Positions 38,565 to 45,526 of a stretch of 45,526 nucleotides of DNA are shown piece by piece (position 1 is the stretch's first letter; every line of letters starts with the position of its first letter). The DNA lies in contig QHTZ01000057.1 in NCBI GenBank assembly GCA_003221005.1, positions 1 through 45,526 on the forward strand. Direction: 5' to 3'. This DNA comes from Gemmatimonadota bacterium (GTDB taxonomy: Bacteria > Gemmatimonadota > Gemmatimonadetes > Gemmatimonadales > GWC2-71-9). The notes beneath the pieces are model-generated. The model did no database searches, had not been told where the DNA came from, and saw nothing but the letters and a program-made list of their open reading frames with translations. A program made the translations under genes and the position numbers.

Positions 38565-39718
38565 CGGTGTCCTGGATGCTCGAATGCTCAGCATGCGGCG
38601 GCACGCACGATGCCGCGGGGCTGCCGGGCGTCTGCGAGTCCTGCGGGCAGCCCTACCTCGTTCGCTACGCGACCACGCCGTCCCCCTCCCCCGAGGCGAA
38701 GCGGCTGCTTGGCGAGCGTCGCTGGAACATGTGGCGCTACCGCGAGTGGCTGCCGCTCGGCGCGGATGAGGCTCCCGTCACGCTGGGCGAAGGCGCGACG
38801 CCGTTGCTTCCCACCGCGCGCCTCGGGGCGCGCTACGGCCTGCGCGATCTATGGGTGAAGGATGAAGGAAAGAACCCCACGGGGTCGTTCAAGGCGCGGG
38901 GCCTCGCCGTCGCGATCACGCGCGCGACCCGCGCCGGCGCGCGCCGCTTCGTGGTGCCGACCGCGGGCAACGCCGGCGTTGCGCTCGCGGCATACGCGAG
39001 CCGCGCGGGCGTCGCGGCCTGCGTGTTCGCGCCCTCCTGCACGCCGCCGGTGATCCGCTCGCAGATCCAGAGCTTCGGGGCGGAGCTGGTGCTCATCGAT
39101 GGTCACATCGGCGATTGCGGCGCGGCGGCGCGCGCCTACGCGGCCGAGCACGGAGCGGTGGACGTCTCGACGCTGCGCGAGCCGTACCGCATCGAAGGCA
39201 AGAAGACGTTGGGGCTTGAGCTGGCGGAGCGACTCGGCTGGACCCTGCCGGACGTGATCGTGTATCCCACCGGGGGTGGAACCGGGTTGATCGGCATGTG
39301 GAAAGCGTTCCAGGAGCTGCGCGCCAGCGGCTGGGTGCTCGGCGCTCCGCCTCGCATGTACAGCGTGCAGTCGAGCGGGTGCGCCCCTGTCGTGAAGGCA
39401 TTCGACGAGGGAGCCGACCGGTGCGCCCCCTGGCCTGATCCGGTGACGGTGGCCGCCGGGCTCCGCGTGCCGGCGCCACTGGGAGACCGCTTGATGCTGC
39501 GCGCGCTGCGCGAGAGCGGCGGCGGGGCGGTCGCCGTGAGCGACACGCAGCTCACGGCGGCGGCGCGCGAGCTCCAGACCCAGGAAGGCATCGACGCTGC
39601 GCCGGAAGGCGGTGCTACGCTGGCGGCCGTGATCGCGCTCAAGGAGTGCGGTACGCTCAGTGGGGACGAGCGCATCGTGCTCTTCAACACCGGCGCCGGG
39701 TGGCTCTACCGAGGCTAG
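38561..39718 (+). CDS. thrC: Threonine synthase (PLP fold II)
   Basis: N-terminal CxxC..CxxC, TLGEGATPL, NPTGSFKARG, TAGNAG, YRIEGKKT, YPTGGG, FNTG. Confidence 0.85.
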   Translation: MTVSWMLECSACGGTHDAAGLPGVCESCGQPYLVRYATTPSPSPEAKRLLGERRWNMWRYREWLPLGADEAPVTLGEGATPLLPTARLGARYGLRDLWVKDEGKNPTGSFKARGLAVAITRATRAGARRFVVPTAGNAGVALAAYASRAGVAACVFAPSCTPPVIRSQIQSFGAELVLIDGHIGDCGAAARAYAAEHGAVDVSTLREPYRIEGKKTLGLELAERLGWTLPDVIVYPTGGGTGLIGMWKAFQELRASGWVLGAPPRMYSVQSSGCAPVVKAFDEGADRCAPWPDPVTVAAGLRVPAPLGDRLMLRALRESGGGAVAVSDTQLTAAARELQTQEGIDAAPEGGATLAAVIALKECGTLSGDERIVLFNTGAGWLYRG

Positions 39719-39728
39719 ATTTCGAGAG

Positions 39729-40907
39729 ATGCGCATCGCCGTCATCGATCCCGCCGCCGGCATCAGTGGCGACATGACCCTCGGCAGTCTCCTGTCCCTC
39801 GGTCTCCCCGCGTCGTGGCTCGAAGGGCTGCCCGGCCGGCTCGGCGTAGCGGGCGTGGGTGTGACAATCCGCGAGGTACGCCGCTCGGGCGTCGGTTGCA
39901 AGCAAGTCGAGTTCCTGATCCCCGAACAGCCGCACGGTCGCCCCGTCGCGCAGCTGGTGCAGCTGGTCGAGAGCGCACCCGTGTCCGCCTGGGTGCGTGA
40001 GCGCGCGGTGCGCGCATTCCAGCTGCTGGGCGAGGCCGAGGGACGAGTGCATGGCGTGGCGCCCGAGAAGGTCCACCTGCACGAGGTCGGGGCGGTGGAC
40101 GCGTTGCTGGACATCGTGGGGGCGATCGAGGGGTTCGAGCAGCTGGGCGTCGAGGCAGTGTACAACTGGCCGGTGGCGGTAGGCACCGGGTGGGTGGACG
40201 CGGAGCACGGCCGCCTTCCGGTGCCGGCGCCCGCGACCGCCGTGCTGCTCGAGGGGCTGGAGGTGGCGACGGGCGGGCCGGTGGAGGGAGAGGCAACGAC
40301 GCCAACCGGTGCCGCGCTGCTGCGCGTGCTGTCGGCGGGGCGGCCTCCGGCGCAGTGGCGCGTGGTGCGGAGCGGCTGGGGTGCGGGGCAGCGCGACCCC
40401 AACCATTACCCGAACGCGCTGCGGGTGCTGCTGGCCGAGCAGGCCGCCGAGGCCGGGCGTGTGGTGCTGCTCGCTACGGACGTAGACGACATGAGTCCCG
40501 AGTACGTGGAGCCGCTGCGGCAGGCGCTCACCGCGGCCGGGGCGCTCGATGTACAGACCTGGTCCGTGCAGATGAAGAAGGGGCGAGCGGGGTTTCGCGT
40601 CGAGGTCGTGGCGCCCGAGGAGCTGGCGGAGCAGGTGACCGCGGCGCTGTTCCAGCACAGCACGACGGCGGGCATTCGCCGCTGGGTCGCGGAGCGGGCG
40701 ACGTTGCCGCGTCGTCAGGTGACGGTACAGCTCGCTCCCGAGGTGTCGGTCCGGGTCAAGGTGCTAGAGCAGCCGGGCGGTGTTCGCGTCAAACCCGAAT
40801 ACGACGACGTGCTCGCCGCCGCGAGCGCGCTGGGCCGGCCGCCGATCGAGGTGGCGCGGGCGGCGCAGCGCGACGCGGAGGCGCTCGTCGCCAAATCCAA
40901 GGAGTGA
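39729..40907 (+). CDS. larC: Nickel-pincer cofactor nickel-insertion protein
   Basis: GISGDM, VHLHEVGAVD..LDIVG, HGRLPVPAPAT, TTPTGAA, DDMSPE, MKKGR.G, KPEYDD. Confidence 0.92.
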   Translation: MRIAVIDPAAGISGDMTLGSLLSLGLPASWLEGLPGRLGVAGVGVTIREVRRSGVGCKQVEFLIPEQPHGRPVAQLVQLVESAPVSAWVRERAVRAFQLLGEAEGRVHGVAPEKVHLHEVGAVDALLDIVGAIEGFEQLGVEAVYNWPVAVGTGWVDAEHGRLPVPAPATAVLLEGLEVATGGPVEGEATTPTGAALLRVLSAGRPPAQWRVVRSGWGAGQRDPNHYPNALRVLLAEQAAEAGRVVLLATDVDDMSPEYVEPLRQALTAAGALDVQTWSVQMKKGRAGFRVEVVAPEELAEQVTAALFQHSTTAGIRRWVAERATLPRRQVTVQLAPEVSVRVKVLEQPGGVRVKPEYDDVLAAASALGRPPIEVARAAQRDAEALVAKSKE

Positions 40908-40909
40908 GC

Positions 40910-42418
40910 GTGAGGCGAGCATTCGAGCGTGCGAGTCTGGTGCTGGCCGTCGTGGCGACGGCGCTGACTGCCCGGGGCGCGGCCCAGGGGGAATGGCGTG
41001 GGCCCACTTGCGACCTGAAGCCGGGACACTATCTCGTGAACAGCGGGGTGCTGTACCTCAAGAATGCTGCGGAAACCAGGTTCGCGGATCAGCGGCTGAA
41101 AGACCTGCACGACGCGCTGAAGGTGCTGGAGCAGGCGGTGACGACCGCGAACCAGCAGAAGAATCCCGCGGCGTGGTATTACTTCGGGCGGTACTACCTC
41201 GCCACCAATGACGCGGCGGGGGCGGACTCCGCGTTCACCAAGGCCGTCGCGCTGGCGCCGGCATGTGCGAACGACGTCAACATGTATCGCCGGCAACTGT
41301 GGATGCCGCTGATGAATGCCGGGATCGCCGCCTGGCAGGCGGGGAATACCGATTCAGCGATCGCCTCGTTCCGGCGGGCAAACCAGCTGTACGCTGGCGA
41401 GCCGACGGGCTTCGTCTACCTCGCCACGCTGCTCTCCAACGGTCAGCAGCCCGACTCGGCGGCGAAGTATTTCAAGCTCGCGATCCAGGCCGCACATGAC
41501 CCCAAGTACACGAAGGACAGGCAGGACGCGATGTTCAACCTGGCGCGCGTGTATCACGGCGCCCAGCGCTACGACGACGCCGTCGCGGCGTACAGGGAGT
41601 ACCTTGCCGTCTATCCCCACGACATGCAAGCGACGGCGGGTCTCGCGGCTGTGTACTCGCTCATGGGGAAACGCGACGAGGCAATGGCCATGTACAAGCA
41701 GGTGCTCGAGCACGCCGACTCAGCCAGCGCGACCGACCTGTTCGCGGTGGCACGAGCCATCCTGGACGGCATTCCCAACCCGCCGGATACGGCTACCCGG
41801 GGGAAGGAGTGCCGCGCTGAGGCGCGCAAGGCGAGCCGCACGCTCACGGCTCGCCAGGTCGCTCTGCGCTGCGATTCCGTGACGACGCAGGCGATCCATG
41901 ACTATGACGCTGCGGCACGGGGCCATTACCGGCTCGTCTTGCAGGCGGTAGAGGCGGGGCTCGCCAAGGACCCGTACGATCGCGACGCGTTGCTCATCTA
42001 CACGGGGGCCGCCGCGCTCGCCGGGGACACGGCGCGCGCCTTCAGCGCGTCGCAGCGGCTCTACGCGGTGGACCCGCTGAATCGGCAAACGCTCCGCATG
42101 GCGGCGCAGGCCTGGCGGCTCAAAGGCAAGGGCGATTCGACGCTCCACTATCTCCAGCTGGCCGAGGCGCTGCCGGTCGAGGTCACCGTGGAGGGCTTCA
42201 GGCCGGGCGAGCACGATGCCGTGCTCAGCGCCGTCGTTTCCAACCCCCGCTCCACGGCGAGCCCGCCGCTCACGCTCACGTTCGAGTTCTTGAGCGCCAA
42301 AGGCGAGGTCGTGGCGACGCTGGCACAGGAGGTGGCAGCGATCGCCCCCGGCGCGAATGTGACGTTTGACCTGAAGCCGAAGGGGGCGGGGATCGTGGCG
42401 TGGAGGTACAAGCGCTAG
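40910..42418 (+). CDS. Exported tetratricopeptide-repeat protein with a C-terminal beta domain
   Basis: GTG after AAGGAG; signal peptide; AWYYFGRYY, AMFNLARVYH, YDDAVAAYREYL TPR patterns; ends GIVAWRYKR. Confidence 0.85.
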   Translation: MRRAFERASLVLAVVATALTARGAAQGEWRGPTCDLKPGHYLVNSGVLYLKNAAETRFADQRLKDLHDALKVLEQAVTTANQQKNPAAWYYFGRYYLATNDAAGADSAFTKAVALAPACANDVNMYRRQLWMPLMNAGIAAWQAGNTDSAIASFRRANQLYAGEPTGFVYLATLLSNGQQPDSAAKYFKLAIQAAHDPKYTKDRQDAMFNLARVYHGAQRYDDAVAAYREYLAVYPHDMQATAGLAAVYSLMGKRDEAMAMYKQVLEHADSASATDLFAVARAILDGIPNPPDTATRGKECRAEARKASRTLTARQVALRCDSVTTQAIHDYDAAARGHYRLVLQAVEAGLAKDPYDRDALLIYTGAAALAGDTARAFSASQRLYAVDPLNRQTLRMAAQAWRLKGKGDSTLHYLQLAEALPVEVTVEGFRPGEHDAVLSAVVSNPRSTASPPLTLTFEFLSAKGEVVATLAQEVAAIAPGANVTFDLKPKGAGIVAWRYKR

Positions 42419-42612
42419 AACAAGCTAGGGATTCTCCTAGTCATTTCGTAACACGCTCATGCGCAGCAGGTTACGCGGCCGCGTGACGTGCCCCACAGCC
42501 CCCCGGACCGCTCCCAGCGAACTTCAGGGTGCCCAGTGGTCGTCCCGTCTTGGAACACTGAGCAATTCCGCTGAGGCGCGCCCCTCCTCAGCATTACCGA
42601 GCTAGGAGAAAT

Positions 42613-43233
42613 ATGCGTGCCTTCGCCGTACTCGTCGCCTTGGTCGCCACACCGTTTGTGGTGGGCGTTTCCCAAGGGTTAGGCCACGACGCCGCGCATT
42701 GCGCGAAGCGTGCTGACCAACACCCGGGCAAGGAAATAAACAAGTGCCCGAGCGTGCCCAGTGACCCGCCTCCACCGCCGCCGGTGACACCACCGCCGCC
42801 GGTAGAGCCGCCGCCACCGCCTCCGCCGCCACCGCCGCCCCCACCGCCGCCGGTGCAGCCACCGCCACCGCCGCCAGCGTGCGCGGTTTTGGTGCCGGCG
42901 CCCGCGGGAGTGCAATCGATCGACGGGCGTGTGTACAATGACCTGAGCACGGGGCGCGTTGGTCTCGCGAACTGGTGCGTCGAGCTGAGCCTCGGCGGCT
43001 CCGTCATTGGTCGGGCGGTCACGAACGGCCTGGGCCTCTATAGCTTCGCGAATCTGGCCGACGGGGACTACTCGGTCTGCGAAGTGCGGCTGGAAGCAAA
43101 TTGGAGTGAGACGTTCCCCGGGAGCTGGGCAGGGGCCGTATGTGTCGACGGTTTCGGGGCCACGTCTGGTTATGCGCTGCCGATCGCTGGCTGGAGTGCC
43201 GGCGGCATGGACTTCGGGAATACCTCCCCGTAG
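42613..43233 (+). CDS. Exported poly-proline protein with an SdrD-B/CnaB-like domain
   Basis: AGGAG RBS; signal peptide; long Pro run; IDGRVYND..GLANW.VEL..TNGLGLYSF.NL..GDY.VCE..DFGN. Confidence 0.8.
   Translation: MRAFAVLVALVATPFVVGVSQGLGHDAAHCAKRADQHPGKEINKCPSVPSDPPPPPPVTPPPPVEPPPPPPPPPPPPPPPVQPPPPPPACAVLVPAPAGVQSIDGRVYNDLSTGRVGLANWCVELSLGGSVIGRAVTNGLGLYSFANLADGDYSVCEVRLEANWSETFPGSWAGAVCVDGFGATSGYALPIAGWSAGGMDFGNTSP
42766..42876 (+). repeat. CCG/CCA trinucleotide tract encoding poly-proline
   Basis: Seen directly. Confidence 0.85.
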
Positions 43234-43264
43234 TGAAGACTCACTGAAGCGGGAAGGCGCGAAC

Positions 43265-43293
43265 ACGGCCGGCGTCGAATCGACGCCGGCCGT
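43265..43293 (+). terminator. Perfect 14-bp inverted repeat after the 42613 gene (terminator-like, no U-tract)
   Basis: ACGGCCGGCGTCGA-A-TCGACGCCGGCCGT. Confidence 0.5.
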
Positions 43294-43430
43294 CGTGCAT
43301 TCAGGGACTCGCCGACCCGCGGCCAGCCACGGCCGGTGCATCTAGTCAATGCCCTCATTCGGCGTTACACTCGCACAGCCTCTCCGCATCGCGCGGGGCT
43401 TCCGTGCACACCTAGTCGTGAGGAGGAACC

Positions 43431-44258
43431 ATGAGGTCGCGCACATTCATCCCGGTCCTTGCTGCCGCGTGCATCAGCCTGCTCAGTTGCGACAGAGTCT
43501 CCACGGAGCCCCAAGGTCCCTCTCGACCTTCTTTCATCACCAACGGTGTGGTCGATGGTGACGCCCATCCCGCGGTTGTCCTCTTGGTGATGGATGTCGG
43601 TGGGAAGCCGGCGTTCCGCTGCTCTGCCACGCTCATTGCCCCGAAGGTCGTGCTCACGGCCGGACACTGCGCGGGAGAGCCCGGCGAGTTCAGCGGCATG
43701 CGCATCTTCACCGAGTCGGACGTCCAGGACGGTAACAACAACTACCCGTTTGCCGGCCCGAACACCGTTGAGGCCGCAGCGTGGCACGCACACCCGCTCT
43801 TCACGGAGGCCGCCTTCTTCCGACATGACGTGGGAGTAGTCCTGCTGAAAAAGGCCGTCCAGCTTCCCGCAGGGCAGTACGGAACCCTTCCCGCAGCAAA
43901 CCAGCTCGACGCGCTACAACGCGGCAGCGCCACGGTCTTCACCGCGGTGGGCTACGGCCTGCAAAGAATTAACCCCGTCTTCATCGAAGCCGAGAAGATC
44001 CGCATGAGTGCCGAGCCTCACCTGATCCAGATCAACACGCCGGGATTCACCGGGGACTTCTCGCTCTTGCTGTCGAACAACGCCGCGACCGGCGGCACCT
44101 GTTTCGGCGACTCCGGTGGGCCCAACTACCTCGGCAGCAGCAACGTCATCGCCGGGGTGACGTCGTTCGGGCTCAATGGGAATTGCGCCGGCACCGGGGG
44201 AGTGTTCCGCCTGGACCGTCAGAACGTCCTGGATTTTGTTACGCAATATCTGAAGTGA
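43431..44258 (+). CDS. Trypsin-like (S1) serine protease lipoprotein
   Basis: AGGAGG RBS; SLLS-C lipobox; ITNG activation-like site; CSATLI, LTAGHC, HDVG, TCFGDSGGP. Confidence 0.92.
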   Translation: MRSRTFIPVLAAACISLLSCDRVSTEPQGPSRPSFITNGVVDGDAHPAVVLLVMDVGGKPAFRCSATLIAPKVVLTAGHCAGEPGEFSGMRIFTESDVQDGNNNYPFAGPNTVEAAAWHAHPLFTEAAFFRHDVGVVLLKKAVQLPAGQYGTLPAANQLDALQRGSATVFTAVGYGLQRINPVFIEAEKIRMSAEPHLIQINTPGFTGDFSLLLSNNAATGGTCFGDSGGPNYLGSSNVIAGVTSFGLNGNCAGTGGVFRLDRQNVLDFVTQYLK

Positions 44259-44317
44259 GCGAACCGCCTGGAGCCCCTGATCCGGTCGAGGCGGCGGAGT
44301 ACCGCGCGGAGCGGTTT

Positions 44318-44330
44318 CCAGCTTCCCAAG
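44318..44330 (+). repeat. att core: 13-bp copy of the tRNA-Gly anticodon arm (CCAGCTTCCCAAG)
   Basis: Identical to 45362-45374. Confidence 0.85.
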
Positions 44331-44424
44331 ACGTGACGGCCGTCGCGCACCAGCGACGGCCGTTGAATTTTCAACGAGTTACGCGACGCGAGCGCCGGCC
44401 AGCGCCGGCCCGAAACGCCCGCGT

Positions 44425-44445
44425 TGTGACCACCTGTGTTACCAT
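44425..44445 (+). repeat. Arm-type-like tandem site TGTGACCAC-ctg-TGTTACCAT
   Basis: 18/21 identical to 45268-45288; 12-bp period. Confidence 0.7.
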
Positions 44446-44473
44446 CGTGGCGCATCGTCGCTCGCTTCGCCCG

Positions 44474-44878
44474 TCATCGGGTTCGCCGCAGGCGGTCCCA
44501 GCAGCCTCGCGGATTCACGATCGGCAGCGGGGCTCGCTCAGCGAGGCTCAAGAGATCCTTGTCGCCTGTGACGAGGAGCTCGGCCCCACCCGCCAGCGCC
44601 GAGGCGAGCACCCAGGTGTCATCTGGATCGCGCAGCGGGAGATCGGAGGGCGCGGTGGGGCGGGGCACGATAGTGTGGGAGCGGAGTTGGTCCTCGACCA
44701 GGGCGATTTCGGCTGGCGGCACCTTGAACCGCTCGCGCAAGACCCGGCGGAACTCCGTGAGATTGACTTCCCCGGTCAGCAGCCCGTGCTCCGCGACGAC
44801 GAGACGGAATAGGTCAGCGCTGAGGCCGCGCGTCGTGAAGGCGCTGATGAGGACGTTGGTGTCGAAGAAGACCTTCAC
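44474..44878 (-). CDS. PIN-domain toxin (VapC-like)
   Basis: VFFDTNVLISA, RDPDD.WVL.SA, LVTGDKDLL; GTGA overlap with the antitoxin. Confidence 0.92.
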   Translation of the reverse strand: MKVFFDTNVLISAFTTRGLSADLFRLVVAEHGLLTGEVNLTEFRRVLRERFKVPPAEIALVEDQLRSHTIVPRPTAPSDLPLRDPDDTWVLASALAGGAELLVTGDKDLLSLAERAPLPIVNPRGCWDRLRRTR

Positions 44879-45090
44879 GACACATCACGGAAGACGTCCT
44901 CATCAGTGAGGTAGCCGGCGGCCTCGGCGTAGGGCATCAGGCGTCGCCGCCCCTCATCGAAGCGCAGCAGCGCGATTTGGCGGCGCAGCGCGTCCCGTAC
45001 GACTTCACTGCGCGTCCGGCCGAGTCGCCGGCACAGGCGGTCGAGCTCGCGCTGGAGCTTGGAGTCGAGGCGGATCGTCACGGCGCTCAT
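44875..45090 (-). CDS. Ribbon-helix-helix (CopG) antitoxin
   Basis: ATG at 45090; VTIRLD, TRSEVVRDALRR, GYLTDEDVF. Confidence 0.9.
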   Translation of the reverse strand: MSAVTIRLDSKLQRELDRLCRRLGRTRSEVVRDALRRQIALLRFDEGRRRLMPYAEAAGYLTDEDVFRDVS

Positions 45091-45107
45091 GTATGACAGT
45101 GTAATAC
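45091..45107 (-). promoter_or_regulatory. TA operator overlapping a -10 box; probably a leaderless transcript
   Basis: Inverted repeat GTATGACA-G-TGTAATAC; on the minus strand TACACT sits 7 nt before the ATG with no SD. Confidence 0.6.
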
Positions 45108-45142
45108 AGCACAGGGCCTGAGGCAAGCTACCAGATTCGGTT

Positions 45143-45336
45143 GGGGCAGAGGCGATGGTGCGCCGGGTCTACGGACACCTGGGGCAGGTCCGTCACCGAG
45201 CCGACGGGGTAGAGTACCGCGTTGAACAGTTCGCTGCTAAGTTTGGGGAGCGGTTGAGAGGGCTGGATGTTACCACCTATGTTACCACGGGCGTAGACAG
45301 CCAGCCTGACCGTGTAAGTGATGACGCTGTAACCTC

Positions 45337-45346
<10 letters not shown>
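45143..45346 (+). pseudogene. C-terminal remnant of a tyrosine recombinase/integrase
   Basis: GAEAMVRRVYGHLGQVRHR..VEYRVEQ resembles the catalytic-Tyr tail of phage integrases; adjacent to a tRNA; the frame stops inside the tRNA 5' end. Confidence 0.65.
45268..45288 (+). repeat. Arm-type-like tandem site TGTTACCAC-cta-TGTTACCAC
   Basis: Two perfect 9-mers with a 12-bp period. Confidence 0.7.
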
Positions 45347-45408
<62 letters not shown>

Positions 45409-45424
45409 CTGTCGTTGTAAGACC

Positions 45425-45526
45425 ATGCCGCCGATTGGCTTACGGACCGCCCCTCGGTCCGCCCTGGCCCTCCTCCTGGGGGGTGCGAGCCTCCTCGGAG
45501 CTCAGCAGTGGGTTCCGCCCCGTCCG
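45425..45526 (+). CDS. Start of an exported protein (partial), possibly a paralog of the 40910 TPR protein
   Basis: MPPIGLRTAPRSALALLLGGASLLGAQQWVPPRP: signal peptide, open to the window end. Confidence 0.55.
   Translation, partial: MPPIGLRTAPRSALALLLGGASLLGAQQWVPPRP

Noticed and set aside
42416-42429. TAGAA-CAAGCTAGG as a decayed tRNA fragment marking the outer island end
   Set aside because: Too short and gapped to support; the TAG is simply the TPR gene's stop codon.
42669-42676. TTCCCAAG match to the tRNA anticodon loop
   Set aside because: Only 8 bp, inside the signal-peptide codons VSQG; expected by chance.
44183-44812. 209-aa plus-strand ORF
   Set aside because: It spans the att region and lies antisense to the PIN gene; only the short EYR segment looks meaningful.

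Overview
High-GC bacterial chromosome segment, most likely Gemmatimonadota (inferred from gene order and protein style, not searched). It has three parts. (1) 1-7018: a minus-strand accessory array of six predicted lipoproteins (three PD40/TolB-like beta-propellers, two parallel beta-helix proteins, one alpha/beta hydrolase) with shared or duplicated leaders and heptamer-repeat palindromes. (2) 8025-42418: an unbroken plus-strand run of mostly overlap-coupled core genes: era, Trm112-like, PorV-like barrel, diguanylate cyclase, zinc-ribbon/RomX-like fusion, prfB (programmed frameshift), lysS, lolC/E-lolD, mcsA-mcsB-clpC, bamA-skp-lpxD-lpxC/fabZ-lpxA-GnnA-like-lpxB-DUF374-lpxK, gdh, rlmH, AMMECR1, bshC, murJ, uvrC, thrC, larC and a TPR protein. 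lpxC and lpxA carry frameshifting deletions, and the PorV-like gene probably does too; these may be assembly errors. (3) 42420-45374: accessory DNA stacked on the 5' side of tRNA-Gly(CCC). It includes a 1044-bp integrase-decayed element carrying an RHH-PIN toxin-antitoxin pair, bounded by a 13-bp copy of the tRNA anticodon arm and by arm-type repeats. The most promising leads are the zinc-ribbon/RomX-like fusion coupled to a diguanylate cyclase, the 5'-side tRNA integration hotspot, and leader swapping in the lipoprotein array. All family calls come from motif recognition by eye; no searches were run.
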